A DNA stretch of 64,000 nucleotides from the human T2T-CHM13v2.0 reference genome, Homo sapiens (GCF_009914755.1 NC_060935.1), one strand, 5' to 3'; positions 45,594-59,948 are shown, counted from the stretch's first letter. Numbers and translations are program-made. Notes: generated by a model not told the origin, from the sequence alone.

Positions 45594-46520
45594 TGTTGAT
45601 AAAAAGTGTCAAACTCTGTAAAATATTTGAAGAGATTTATTCTGAGCCTAATATGAGTGACCATGACCCACGACACAGCCTTCAGGAGGTCCTGAGAACA
45701 TGTGCTCAAGGCTGTTGGGGTGCAGCTTGCTTTTATACATTCTAGGGAGGCATGAGACATCAATCTTATACATTTAAAATATATATTGGTTTGGTCCAGA
45801 AAGGTGGGACAATTTGAAGCAGGAAGTGAGTGATGGGGCAGCTTCCGGGCTATAGGTAAATTTAAACATTTTCTGGTTGATAATTGGTCGAATTTATTTA
45901 AAGACCTGGAATCAATAGAAAGGAATGTCTGGGTTGAGATAAGAGGCTATGGAGACCAAAGTTTTATCATGCAGATGAAGCCTTCAGGTAGCAGGCTTCA
46001 GAGATAATTGGTTGTAAAATATTTCTTTTCTTTCTTTTTTTTTTCTTTTTGAGATGGAGTCTCCCTCTGTCACCCAGGCTGAAATGCAGTGGCACAATCT
46101 GGGCTCACTGCAACGTCCACATCCTGAGTTAAAGCGATTCTCCTGCCTCAGCCTCCCAAGTAGCTGCGACTACAGGTGCATGCCATCACACCTCGCTAAT
46201 TTTTAGTAGAGACAAGGTTTCACCATGTTGGCCAGGCTGGTCTCCAACTCCTGACCTAAAGTGATCCACATGCCTTGGCCTCCCAAAGTACTGGGATTAC
46301 AGGCGTGAGCCACCACTCCCAGCCATGGCTGTAAAATGTTTCTTATCAGACTTAAAGTCTGTGTTGATGTTAATGCTGGAGAGGTATAAAGAGGCATGTC
46401 TCAACCACACTTCCCATCATGGCCTGAACCAGTCTTTCAGGTTACATTTTAAAAGAGCCCTGGCTGAGGAGGAAGTCCATTCAGATACTTGGGGCCTTAG
46501 AATTTTATTTTTGGTTTACA
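45594..46520 (-). mobile_element. MER4-family solo LTR interrupted by an Alu
   Basis: TGTTGATAAAAAGTGTCAAACTCTGTAAAATATTTGAAGAGATTTATTCTGAGCC...AATTTTATTTTTGGTTTACA. Confidence 0.85.
46026..46325 (-). mobile_element. Alu (AluS-like) within MER4 LTR
   Basis: Dimer; TSD TGG(T/C)TGTAAAAT(A/G)TTTCTT. Confidence 0.94.
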
Positions 46521-47457
46521 TTGTGGTACTTTTGCAAAGTTTGGATATTTGATGGTGGTCCCAGGTGTCAAAGTCACTCTTGAGGCACTTCTGTCCCATT
46601 GGCCTTGCTCAAAACCTCCTGATGTTTTTTTCCTCTCTCGTCTCTGTGTTCCTGGCATCCTCATGTTGCATCAAGTGAAATCTGTCTCTAGTGACAAAAG
46701 TCCTTTGCCACAGTAGCTATGGCCACTATTTCTTTCAATGCACTCACTTAGGCTTCTAAAGCAAACCTTACAGGCACAATTTTCCTCTTGTCCTCACTGT
46801 AATTTCAGCCAAAGAACACCTCTGAGAGAAAGGCTGAACCAAAGCTGCTATGAGGGCCTAGGGAGCCAGTGGCCCTTGGAGGCTCAGGACAGCTAGTCAC
46901 GGTGCCACTGTGCTCCATTCTAGAACTGAGCATCTCCTCAGCCTTTGAACTGTCAGGCCTGAGTGTGGTGCTTCATACGAAAATGCTGTAGTACTTCAGA
47001 GAAACAGAAATGTTTCTTTTCTTTGGAGCATTTATTTCTGCAGGATTTATATATGACCCTAGAATTCTGCATCCTTTTAAAGCATTCCCACATTTTGGAA
47101 GGCTTTTGCTAAGCTGCTAACAATTCATCTGCTTCTTAAATGGATCCATTTCCATATCTGTTGATGTAAAGTTGATGTGGTTCATTGATTACAGTATATT
47201 CTGTTGGTTTGTTTTTTGTTTGTTTGTTTGTTTTGCTTTCTGGCCTGGACATTTTTGTCTTCCTAACATACCTCTTACATTGATTCTTCAAGATGCTTAG
47301 TGTTCCCAAAGCATCCATTGTTCAAACAAGGCTTGTCCACTTCATCTCCCAGTGTCCCATGACCCCCCTAAATGACATACTACTGTGTTACCAGTGCGGA
47401 ACCAACACTGGACTTGATTGTTGACTTCAAACCACCCAATCAAGGCTACAACAGATG

Positions 47458-48592
47458 TAACACAGGATTTTTCTTGGCCTCTTTGCCAGCTGAAGACCTC
47501 CAGCCAGTGACACCCCTGCCCAGGCTTTGCTTGGGCCCAGGCTTACTGCAGGAGATGCCCTATCTACTCAGCCTGGCAGGCCACACCTGTCTTGCACTCC
47601 AGCACAGATCCCATGGCCACTGCAACTGTGCAATAAGCCTCTGGTGGGAGGGGGTGTGTGAGTAAGCAAGTGTGGGGTTGGGCCAGCTATTTCAATCACC
47701 GGCACAGGAGTGGGCTCTGTGCAGGGCTTGCAGCTGGACCAGGCATGTCACAAGCAACTCCCGCAGTGGACTCTGGCATTCAGACAAGAGGAACACGTGG
47801 TACCCAGGCAGGGATGCCCATATCCCTGAAGCCCCAGAGGGGGTGTTGCCACATTCTAATAGCTCTTTTAGTTCTGCCATCTGCAGCCCAGTGAACAGCG
47901 GCATGTTAACAGCTCTGTCAGTCCCATTGCCCTAATCCTGCCCATGGCTCTGGGGCTAGCTTGGTCCTGCTGCTACTTCCTGTTGCATGGGGTGGCTGCC
48001 CTCCACTGGCGAAGGGGAAAGGGCCACAGTGTTACAGCTTTTTTTGTACTCACATTCAGTGGGTCCTGAGTTATTGTCCCACGTTCAAGAAGAATGAGGT
48101 TATGTTGACAATTGAAGGGTGAGGAGGGTGGGGAAGAATTTTATTAAGTGACAAAACAACTCTCAGCAGAGAGGGGGTTACAAGGATGGTCCCCCACCCA
48201 AAGTCAGGTGGTCTCTCTCACCCAGAGGTGGGCAGTTCCCATGTGGCTGAGTCCCAGGCTTTTATGGGCTCAGAATGGAGGAGTGCAGGCTGATTAGTTT
48301 GTGAGTATGCAGAAAAGGCTAAAACAAAGACACCACTCAAAAGTGGGCATGACAATGTAAAAGGCCAATTATGGAAGTGTAGGTACATGTAAAACAGGGG
48401 AAGGGTGGTGAAGGGTGGGGACCAATCAGAGAAAAGCATGCCAAATGGGAAGAGAGGTTCTCCATCCAGCCTCAGATTTATCTGAGACTTGTAGCTTGGC
48501 TTTCAGGCTTTAAACTCTCTTTGGGTTAAAGGTGGTGTTCACCGGACTCCTGCCCCTGTCTGCCTACGATTGTCTACCTCCTGGCGCTGTCA
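47458..48592 (-). mobile_element. Solo ERV1 LTR (LTR28/MER52/LTR9-related)
   Basis: 1135 bp, 4-bp TSD GATG (47454-47457 / 48593-48596); minus strand starts TGACAGCGCCAGGAGGTAGACAA. Confidence 0.82.
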
Positions 48593-51500
48593 GATGCATC
48601 AATCTCCCCAAGTACTTGCTTTAATTTATTTTTCAAAGTTCCTAGTCTTTGAACATATGTTTTTAGGAGAACTAAGGGACTAGGAATATAAATAATACCC
48701 CTTTCTTCTAGTCCCATATTTACAGTGACTTGCAAAATAAGATACGGCAAATGCTCAGATGAAAAACCAAAATACCACTTTATTCCTGATATGCTGAAGG
48801 AAAAGCATTCCTTCAGTTCAAGGCCAAATGAAATTCAATTGATGTGTCCAACCAGTCACTGGCAGAGCTGGGTCACCCCAGGCCTCCCCCATAAGAGGAG
48901 GCACCTCCAAACCCTAGCAAGGGAAGGGAAGAACAGATGATAGTGGTTTCTAGCAGGCAGACTGTCTCCAAAACAAATGAAGAAACACAGATGGGCTGAG
49001 CCACACAAGCCCAAGCCCTCCTTCCAAACTCTGCAACTTTGTGCAGCATTCCTCCTTCCCTGAAGAGAACCAGGTTAAGGAGAGGAAAGAAACAGGTGTG
49101 TTTCTCTATAGGAAGTTCTGCTGGAAGGAAATGTGAGGCTGGAGACAGATGAAGTTCCCTCCTAACTGTGGCTACCTCTGGGGAAGGAGGGAGGGGGAGG
49201 AGGAGACAGGGAGAGCTTTGGGGCTACCTGCAGCATTTTATTTCTGTAGAGAGGAAAAAAGTGAATCTAAATAATCATGTAAAATGATAATATCAGTTGA
49301 ATCACTGGGGGAAATATGTAGATACCTGTTTTATTATTTTCTGCATTTTTATCTATGTGTATAAAGTTTTGGAATTAGCATATAAACATTATAAATTATT
49401 CTGAGTCATTTATCATCTCACCTTTCTATATATCTGATTCTTTCAGAAGGAATACAGAAAAGAAAAAGAAGAAAATATAAGTCTCCTATGAACCTCAAAG
49501 TTATTTTATTATTATTTAATGTACCATTTTTATACAGCTCTGAAATGTATAAAAGTCCCTGAGTGGCAAATATTTATAGTTGTTTTTCCTCATTTGACCT
49601 TCTTGCCTTCCTCCTTTTTTGTGTTTCACTGTAGCCCCCTCAGACAACAGTGAGTACTCTTTTCAGGACAAAATGTCAGGTGTGAGTCATAAAGTGCAAA
49701 GGAACTATACCCTCCAGAACGATGGGAAGGAAAACTTTCTGCCTAAGAGATACTTCATATTAACCAAGCAGTAGATTTCTTCTCAAACAAATGGAAAGCA
49801 ATTGAAGAGAAACCTCATGAAAACATAGCACATTTTTGTTTCCCAACAGTTATAAACAACCCAGTTTTCCTTTCCCTTCTCACCCCATGTTCAGACACCA
49901 TGAGTGTTTCCCAAACTTTGGAAACAAAGACCTAAGTTTCAGGTTCCTGCAATGACCTGTTGCTGACATTCTACTGCAGTCGTCAGAGTAAGTATGGTGG
50001 CAGAGTTGCAGCTGGCTTGGAAGATTTATTTTTATTTCTAAGGACAGAAGCAAAGGAAGCCCCCACGTTCACTCACTGAAAATAACAATTGGCCATCTGC
50101 ATTTGTTTCTGCCGCAGCTTCAAAAGCCAAGGTAGAGAGCCTGCTGGTGCGGGCAAGTCTGGTCTTGGAGCTTAGGGCCACTTACAGATCCTGAAACTCA
50201 GGGTCAGCGTAGGCTCAGAAAGGTCACTGATATCCAACCCAGCAGACCAGACGTATGAGCACTCTGCCCAGAAGCCTATTTACTTCTTCAAACACACAAA
50301 AAAATATCTTGAGCAACTTCCTTAACTTTTTGGGGTCTTCCTCTCTCTTTTCAGAATGAAGATAGTTAAATGTAATAGTACCCCATGGTGACAGGATGAG
50401 AAAATATATATATCCAGCACTTAGAACAAAGCCTGACAATGTAATCTCATCAAGACTTATGAGCTTCCTTTCCTTCCTCTTCCATCTTTCCCTGCCTCGC
50501 TTCCCTAGATGATAGAGCTAGATGATAGAGCTAGACTACCCTTCCATAGCCAGACACCAGAGCTAGATGATAGAGCTAGACCACTCTTCCATAGCCAGAC
50601 ACCCTCCTCACTTCCTCCCTCCAACACTTGCCCACAGGCACACCTAGAATCCTCAAGACCACTCAAGTGGCTTCCTGGTACCACTCTTGCTAGACCAAAG
50701 AAAATGGTAAGATGTGGAGGGAATTATGCACTCGATTCTTCATATCTTCGATAGTGTTAAATGGTCCATATGCTTTCTTATAGCTGGGGGCACATGCATT
50801 TACACAAACACATGCACACACACAAAACACCCTTACATAAGTGTGTGCTGGGGGAAAGCTATGCAACTCTGAGGCTCCAACCACTTTTTGTGTACTTTTC
50901 ACAATTGCCCAGCAGATGGCAGCAAAGTGTCCTGAGGAACTACTTTTTCTGTATAATTCAGCCCTATGTGGCAGTGTAAAGCTAGAGGCTAAATTGTCCC
51001 TCTAGATATATAACAGAGCATAGACAGGAGAGGCATTCTGTTCAGTTTCATCTGTGGCCCGAAGACAAGAGATGACACAGAATTGTGCCAAGGGGCAGGA
51101 CAGAAGGAGGAGTCAGCCCCCGGAGCAGGTAATTATTCAGGTAGAATTTAGATCTTTTTCGTTGTTGTTGCTCCTGAGAGCAGTATTCTGTTACCAATAC
51201 TGTTTAGAATTGTTTAAAAATGGATGCTAAAAAGCATATGGCAGTTTGTTATTGTTGTAAAATTTTCTACAGACCATGCTTCTCCTCATTGTCTGCACCT
51301 GAAGAGACCACACCCACCACCCGTTCTTGTTTTGCCATAGAGATGACAATCGCTCCTAATTTACACAATAAAACCCCATTCACCCAAGTAGAAATTAAGA
51401 AAAAAGAGCCAAACATGGTTTTCTCAACCAGATTATAAAACTTTAAAGATTGAGTAAAAGAGTAAGAAATTGAGTAAGACTGAAGGAAGAGGATTTCATT

Positions 51501-51769
51501 AGAAACAGAATGTCATTTGGAAACTGTACTGGAGAATTTCGTTAGAAGGACATTGTTGATGTTTTGTGTGGTTTCCTCCCTCCTGTCACTATAGGAGAAG
51601 GAAGGAGGAACCTCCCCCTCATCTCCAGCTCAGAGAGAGAGGCTGGAATGGGACCGCATGGGGATCATGTTGTAGATCCTCTGCAGTTTAGGGAAAATGA
51701 GAAACTTGAGTCCAACACACCAGGAGAAACCAAAGAATGCTAAGACCTGGACTGTCTACTCTATAGCCA

Positions 51770-52345
51770 GTGTTTTTATCTATTGCTATATAATAAATCA
51801 CCCAAACGTAGAGGTTTAACACAGCACACCTGTTATCTCACAGGTCGGGACTCTGGGCATGACTTAACTGAGTTCTTTGCTTCAAGGTCTCACCAAGTTC
51901 CATTTAAGGTATTGGCAGGGATGAGGTCTCAAATGAGGTTTGACTAGAGAAGAATCCACTTCCAAGCTTACAATGTTATTGCTAGAATTCAGTTCCTTGC
52001 AGTTGTAGGATAAATGGTCTCATTTCTTGCCAGGTGTTGGCTCGAGGTCTTTGTAGGATATTGGCTAGAGACCACTCTCAATTCCTAAGGGCGGCTTATA
52101 CTCTCTTACCATATCAAGACTGCAACATGACAAATTGGTTTCTCAAGGCCAACAATGGTGAGAATGAGACACCAGTAAGACAGAGTTTACAGTCTTCTGT
52201 GACATGATCATATAATCACATACCCAAAATCACATACATCCTGTCACCTTTGCAGGATTCTGGTTATTCAAAGCAAGTCACAGATCCTGCCTATATTTAC
52301 AGGGAAATAACTACAAAAGGGCATGAAGACCAAGAGGCAGGAATC
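51770..52345 (-). mobile_element. Old MLT1-type MaLR LTR
   Basis: CTATTGCTATATAATAAATCACCCAAA...TTATCTCACAG...GAATCCACTTCCAAGCT...AATTCAGTTCCTTGCAGTTGTAGGA...AAGCAAGTCACAG. Confidence 0.7.
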
Positions 52346-53041
52346 ATCTAGCCACCCTAGAGTGGCTCTCATGGTGGCACAATTAAGCAAGAGGAGTAGA
52401 TTGTGTGGGGGTGGTCTGCACTTCCACCTGTATGCCGTGTGAAAGAGATTCTACATGGATGGTCTTAGAGCTTGCTCTGAAAAGAAATCAGGAGGGAGCA
52501 AGGAGACCTTGAAGAGAATGAGGCTGGAGATTTTCTGATGGACATCCAGGGACAGGACATAGGATAATCGTCAGCTGCCAGCTAAGTCCATGAGGATACT
52601 GAGAGGAAGCCCAGCCAAGGAATCCCAGTGATGGAACCACAGATGCATTCAACATCCACCAGCCTGCATAGCACTGACATCGAGTTGGGAAACGGCCAAT
52701 CGAGAGAGACTTTTTCTGTTCCTCTCTCCTCATTCCTGCCCCTGACTCTGTGAGGATCAGGAATCCCTCTTAGCAATCCTCAGGGTGAAGAGTTAGAGAA
52801 GAAATAGCACTGACCCCCACTTTACATGTCAGCTGCCCTGCCTAAAGCAGGCCAAACTGAGGAAAAGAAGAAATTTTAATATGAATGACAGTTGGATTTT
52901 GATTTTTGCATAAATCTATATTTTAATTACTAAAGTGACTGAGGAACTCTTCTATTAGCTGACAGTAGTAACATCTTAGATTTCAAACAAGCAGCAGGGG
53001 AGAGCTAGCCCTACTGAGGATCTTAGAAAGAACAGTTGTGG

Positions 53042-53332
53042 GGCCAGGCACGGTGGCTCATGCCTGTAATCCCAGCACTTTGGGAGGCCGTGGCGGACGA
53101 ATCGCCTGAGTTCAGGAGTTCGTGATCAGCCTGGCCAACATGGTGAAACCCTGTCTTTACTAAAAATAAAAAAATTAGCTGGGCATGGTAGTAGGCACCT
53201 GTAATCCCAGCTACTCAGAAGGCTGAGGCAGGAGAATCACCAGGCTGGTCTCAAACTCCTGACCTCAGGTGATCTACCCACCTCGGCCTCCCAAAGTGCT
53301 GGGATTATAAACATGAGCCACCTCACCCACCC
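53042..53332. mobile_element. Fused inverted Alu pair (+ Alu 53042-53240 joined to the 5' part of a - Alu, 53241-53332)
   Basis: ...GGCTGAGGCAGGAGAATCAC|CAGGCTGGTCTCAAACTCCTGACCTCAGG...; neither has a poly(A) tail. Confidence 0.92.
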
Positions 53333-54078
<746 letters not shown>

Positions 54079-54926
54079 ATTTTTTTAAATTTTAACCAAC
54101 ATTATTTTTAAAATTTTAACCAACGTTAATAATCTAAATACCCTGACTTGATCATTACACATTCTATGCATGTAACAAAATATTATATATACCCCATAAA
54201 TATGTACAAAGATCATGTATCAATTAAAAAGAATCTCAAATCACATGTGTATTGGGTCAGATGTTGGTAAAATCTGAATCCCATTTTCTGACAAGATCTT
54301 ACACTTGTGTTAAAGAACAAATTAAAGATCACTAGAGCTATAAATAGAATATAAATTGAAAAGCTGAGTTTATGTGTTTGTGTATGTGCCCAGTAAGGAA
54401 AGAGCCCCGTGGCTCTTTCCCTGTGGGGAAATTCATTAAGTATTCACCAGCTGGGGGAAATTCAGGGGTTTTTTCAAACTGAATAGAAAGAGGTTTCATA
54501 ATAGTTATGCAAATTGAAGACTGAAGACTAGCAGTCTTCAGTCTTTAGGCTGGGAAAGTGAGTTGTTTAAAACAAGTCCTGTTGTTTATAATCACTTACC
54601 AGTTTCGGTCAACTGAATCAGCTGCAGTGAGAAAAAACATTCAGTTTTGATTTGTTTCCTAAAAATATTTTCCTTTTATACTCAAAATTAGTTGCTAACC
54701 AAAATTAAAGAAAAAACTTGAGCAATACATTTTGTTTTCTAAATGCCACTAAAATTTTATATGATATAGGAGTGTGTGTATGTGTAAAAATGAAAAATAA
54801 AATGTTTCCAAATGCGTTTTAGTAATATCAACAAAAAGATGGCAAAGTTGTTTCATTCCCATTCTCTGCTACCATCTGGTTTAAGAAAATACTTAGAAAT
54901 TTGTTCAAGTCATAAAGGTATCATTT

Positions 54927-55659
54927 TGAGAGACAGGACTAGCTGGATTTCCTAGGCCAACTAAGAATTCCTAAGCCTAGCTGGAGAAGGTGACGGTACC
55001 CACCTTTAAACACAGGTCTTGTAACTCAGCTCATACACGACCAATCAGGTAGTAAAGAGGGCTCACTAAAATACAAATTAGGCTAACAGCAGGAAGTAAA
55101 GAAATAGTCAAATCATATATTGCCTGAGAGCACAGTGGGAGGGACAATGATCGGGATATAAACCCAGGCATTCGAGCAGGTAGCGGCAACCCCCTTTGAG
55201 TCCCCTCCCTTGTAAGGGAGCTCTGTTTTCATTCTATTAAATCTTGCAACTGATTGCTCTTCTGGTCCGTGTTTGTTCTGGCTGGAGCAGAGCTATCGCT
55301 TGCGTCCACCACTGCAGTTTGCCGCCGTCGCAGAACCACCGCTGACTTCTACCCCTCCGGATCTGGCAGGGTGTCCCCTGCGCTCCTGATCCAGCGAGGC
55401 GCCCATTGCCCCTAAAGGCTCGCTATTGTTCCTGCACGGCTAAGTGCCCGGGTTCGTCCTAATCAGGCTGAACACTAGTCACCAGGTTCCACAGTTCTCT
55501 TCCGTCATCCACGGCTTCCAATAGAGCTATAACACTCACAGCATGGCCCAAGCTTCCATTCCTTGGAATCCGTGAGGCCAAGAACCCCAGGTCAGAGAAC
55601 AAAAGGCTTGCTGCCATCTTTGGAGCAGCCCACCACCATCTTGGGAGCTCTAAGAACAA
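54927..55659 (+). mobile_element. LTR17 (HERV-W LTR), near full length
   Basis: TGAGAGACAGGACTAGCTGGATTTCCTAGGCC start; CCAAT 55041, TATAAA 55157, ATTAAA 55236; the last few bases of U5 are absent. Confidence 0.93.
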
Positions 55660-55785
55660 CTATTTTCAAATAAATCTTTGAGTAAGTTCACAATTGGGTT
55701 ATCTGAAATATGCAAGGAATCCTGTTCACCAAGATAAATCCACACACTCCAATAGAAATTATCTTGCAAATTCAATGTCGATAGT

Positions 55786-56161
55786 TGACATGGTTAGGCA
55801 TGGTGTCCCCATCCAAATCTCATCTTGAATTGTAATCCCCAAGTGTTTAGGGAGAGACCTAGTGGGAGGTGATTAGATTATGGGGACAGTTTCCCCTATG
55901 CCCATTCTTGTGATCATGAGTGAATTCTCATAAGATCTGATGGTTTTCTAAGCAGTAGTTTTTCCTGCACTCTCACACACTGTCTCCTGCCACCATGTGA
56001 AGAAGTCCCTTGCTTCCCCTTTGCCTTCCGCGATGATTGTGTTGTAAATTTCCTGAGGCTTCCCCAGCCACGTGGAACTATGGGTCAATTAAACCTCTTT
56101 CCTTTATAAATTACACAGTCTCAGGTATTTCTTTAGAGCAGTGTGAAAACAGAGTAATATA
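55786..56161 (+). mobile_element. Solo THE1D/MSTA-like MaLR LTR
   Basis: TGTCCCCATCCAAATCTCATCTTGAATTGTAATCCCC...; 5-bp TSD ATAGT. Confidence 0.88.
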
Positions 56162-56585
56162 ATAGTCAACATAATTTGTCTTTTTATTATCTGATCTCCC
56201 CATTTTTCTTATAAAAGAATGATTACTTTATTGAGAAGTGGGACTCTGCACAATTAAGAGATGATATTTCCCAGCCTTCTTTGTATATAAAAATGGCAGT
56301 GTGACATAGCTCTCGCTAATGAGACCTAAGAAGAATTTTGCTGGAATTTGTGGGAATGGGCTAATTTCTTATTTAGGCATAGCCCTTCCTCTCCCTTCTA
56401 CTGCTCTCCTCTCACCACCGTCCTTCTTTTCCTTCTTGTTCTTCATAGTCTTTCAAAAGAAAAGGCAAATAGAAAGCTGACAATGGATTATCCAACTTGT
56501 TACCATACAGCTCCCATGGAGATGAAAGCTCACCTTATGGAGAACTGAGCACAAAAACCTGAGAATCTGAAAACACTGATGATAC

Positions 56586-57311
56586 TGAAATGGCCATTGC
56601 AAAATTCTGGCTGAGAGCATTATTACAGTGAAAGAGATCTGACCTAACCAACTTCACCTTGCTTCTAACCTCCAAGCCATCCTTGTTCATTCCTGGGCCT
56701 AGGCCAAACTAACTTTGGGAGGAACTTAATTTACAGTTTGAAACAAAGACAATATCTCCTTTCCAAAACAAGACCCCTTCCTGCCTGGGGTCTAGACTGC
56801 CTTTGTAGGAGTAACCAATTAGCCACACAATTAGAAATTATGGTTTAGGAGTCATATAGCTGGAGGCTGCGAAGTTCTCACCCTCCCCAGTCGCTCCTGG
56901 GGATAACATCACTATTGTAAAACCTAAGATCAGTGCTTCGGATATTTTGCAGACCCTGCAATTGATGGATCAGCTGGTACCACCCACATTAATAAACTGG
57001 CTCATCTGGGTCCTGTGGCCCCCACTCAGAAACTGACTAAGTGCAAGAGGGCAGCTTTGATTCCCTGTGATTTTATCTTCGACCCAAGCAATCAGCACTC
57101 CCAACTCACTGGCCCCTTACTCACCAAATTATCCTTAAAAAACCTAATCCCTGAATCTTTGGGGAGACTGATTTGAGTAATAATAAAAGTCTAGAGGGTC
57201 TCCCATAGAGTCAGCTGTGCATGAATTAAACTCTCTCTATGGCAATTCCCCTGTCTTGATAAACTGGCTCTGTCTAGGAACTGGGCAGAGAGAACCCACT
57301 GAGCGGTTACA
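56586..57311 (+). mobile_element. Solo LTR8-family (LTR8A-like) LTR
   Basis: TGAAATGGCCATTGCAAAATT...ACAGTGAAAGAGATCTGACCTAACC...GAACCCACTGAGCGGTTACA; near-TSD ATAC/ATAT. Confidence 0.85.
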
Positions 57312-59631
57312 ATATCGTAGGTCTTGTTAATTAGCTCTAGACAGTTTCCCTAGACTTCTTGAAAAAGCCTGCATTTCTAACTGGTGAAGCTTTGGCATTA
57401 AGGAATGCAATCTCAAATTGATATACTAATCTAGGTATTTTTAGAAATAATGTAATTGTACAAATGAGCAAATAAACTTCAAGTTATTCTAATATTAAAA
57501 GTGAGGTTAAAATTGTTTTCACTAATAATTACCTCAGTCACCTTTCCCCACCATTTAGAATGCACCATTTGTTTAATGCTATAGCTGGGATTACCTTAAA
57601 AATCTCCTGGTTTTATTGATTTCTAGTATTTAATGGGTGAAGAAATTAATCTACAGAAAGCCATAGTGACTCACCCAGATTTATGATTCAGACTTAGAGT
57701 TTATAAGTCCAAGACCAACATTGTTTCTTATATGCTGTGTTGCCTACAGGGGTCCATAGTACCTGTTCTCTACCATTTATTGTCAATACTCAGCAGAACT
57801 ATTAATACCTCAGGGAAGCAAGATTAGTAAATAATGGAATATGTATCAGCATTGCAAACATGAGCTATTTCATGAAGGCCAGGGTGAGAGCATTTCATCA
57901 GCTTGGATTCTCAAGGTCTCATAAATGCTTTAATTTGTAACTGCATCAACATGTCTTATGGTGATGCTGGACATCAGTGTAACACAGACGTAGACAATTA
58001 CCTTCAAATCCAATTATCGGGGAAGCCAAAGGTTTACCTAGGAAATATTACCTTTGCCAGGACTAGGAACGTCTCAGTTTGTTTTTGTGAAGCCTTCGTG
58101 ATTGGCACAATATGAGTTTAAAGTATGGAGAACCGGATTCGGTTTCTAGCTTGTACAATTAACAGCTGTGTAAACAATGACTCACTCAAGAATTTTGTCA
58201 GCAGAGTATTATTTGTATTGGGTTTTGTTTGTGGGGATTGTTTTGTTTGCATATATATTTGTGTATTTTATGTGGTTTTGAGGGGCATGGGGGTTCTGCT
58301 CATCTCTGTGTGTCTACCCAGGTCTCTAGTAGTCACTTTAGCCCAGATAGATTCTTTAGCCATTAACTAAATATTGGCTTCCTAGTTTTTCACTACACAT
58401 ACAATAACGTACGGTAATCAGATGTGTGACTTTGCCATGTGTACATACTTCCAGAACTGCCAGTTCAAAATAAACAGACCCTCCTTGACATGGAGAATCC
58501 ACATAATGTCACAGGAATGACTCACATACCTTCCAGGAAGATATGTGAGTAAAAGAAGCTCTTCTATGCTGTGGATAGTGAGCAGAGCTATAAAGAATTA
58601 AGGCTATAGAACCTATAATTTAATAAGATTTTTTTTTCTGAGTTTTCCCTGGTGGAATAAACAAAGGGAAAATGCATTTTTGTCTACCTTGGGAGGGAAA
58701 GTAACATGATTGTGAAGTCTCTTAGATTTAATGCAGCTTTGTTTGATTTCTAGATATTTCTAAGAGTTTGTTAACATTTGTAATAATAGGCACCAGAAAC
58801 TTCTATGGGAAAAAAGGGAAAACGTGAACAAAAAAAGGAACTATGGCATTTTCACTGAGGAAGTAAAGCGTGATCTGGAGAAATAAAAAACAGACAAACA
58901 CATATTGGTCCCAGGCCAGTTTTAAGAAACCCTTTTATACTAAGCCCTTTTTAACAGAAAGTGTTAATAGTATTCAATTTTTTTAAAAAAAGAAGGAGAA
59001 CTCATAAAATTCACTTAGCTCTCCTAATTACGGCAAATTATTGGAACAAATTGTTTTGTTAAATTCAATCAGTCTTAGGTCTTAGAGACGCTACAAATGG
59101 GATTATCTTATGGACAAATGTGACAGAAATGGGATGGGAACTTGAAGAATATAATGATTTCTGAGGATCAGGAAAGTGGAATTAAGTCCTTCTGATTTCG
59201 AGAAATTACTGGGCAATAGTGCAGATCAGCTGCTGTTGGGAGATAGAAATCATTGCAATTTTAATAGGCTAAGATCAGTGGTAGTGCAAAGGAGGGCATA
59301 GGATGAAGCAAACTTTATAGATATAAAATGCAAACCTATAAAATGGCCAGGATGTCATATTGGAGATAAAGACACCTTTGGGAGACTGTACTAGAGAGGA
59401 TTAGCAAGGCACCTGTTGTGGTTACACACAATCCCAGTGTCTTCTAAACCCCAGTTTAAAAGACAGTTATCTGACCTCTCTCCAAGTTTATTACAGACTA
59501 AAGAATCACAGTTGCCTGTAAATATGTCTATGTTTGAGGAATTGAATGACTATCACTAAGAGATGGGATTCGAATTTATTGGAGCTTCCAAGAGTCTTTA
59601 CAAGAATGGCAAGAATGTTGCAGGGGCCCAG

Positions 59632-59915
59632 GGCCGGGCACGGTGGCTCACGCCTGTAATCCAGCACTTTGGGAGGCTGAGGCGGACGTATCACGAGGTC
59701 AAGAGATCGAGACCATTCTGGCCAACATGGTGAAACCCCGTCTCTACCAAAAATACAAAAAATTAGCTGAGCGTAGTGGCATGCACCTGTAGTCCCAGTT
59801 CAGGAGGCTGGAGCAGGAGAATCACTTGAACTCGGGAGGCAGAGGTTGCAGTGAGTCGAGGAGCCAAGATCATACCACTGCACTCCAGCCTGGCGACAGA
59901 GTGAGACTCCGTCTC

Positions 59916-59940
<25 letters not shown>
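59632..59940 (+). mobile_element. Alu (AluSc-like)
   Basis: GAGGTCAAGAGATCGAGACCAT; poly(A); ~21-bp TSD AAGAA(TG/CA)TTGCAGGGGCC(C/A)AG. Confidence 0.94.
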
Positions 59941-59946
<6 letters not shown>

Positions 59947-59948
59947 AT

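Noticed and set aside
40671-50603. Short direct repeats as a CRISPR-like array
   Set aside because: Only isolated two-copy tandem duplications without spacers; eukaryotic context, no cas genes.
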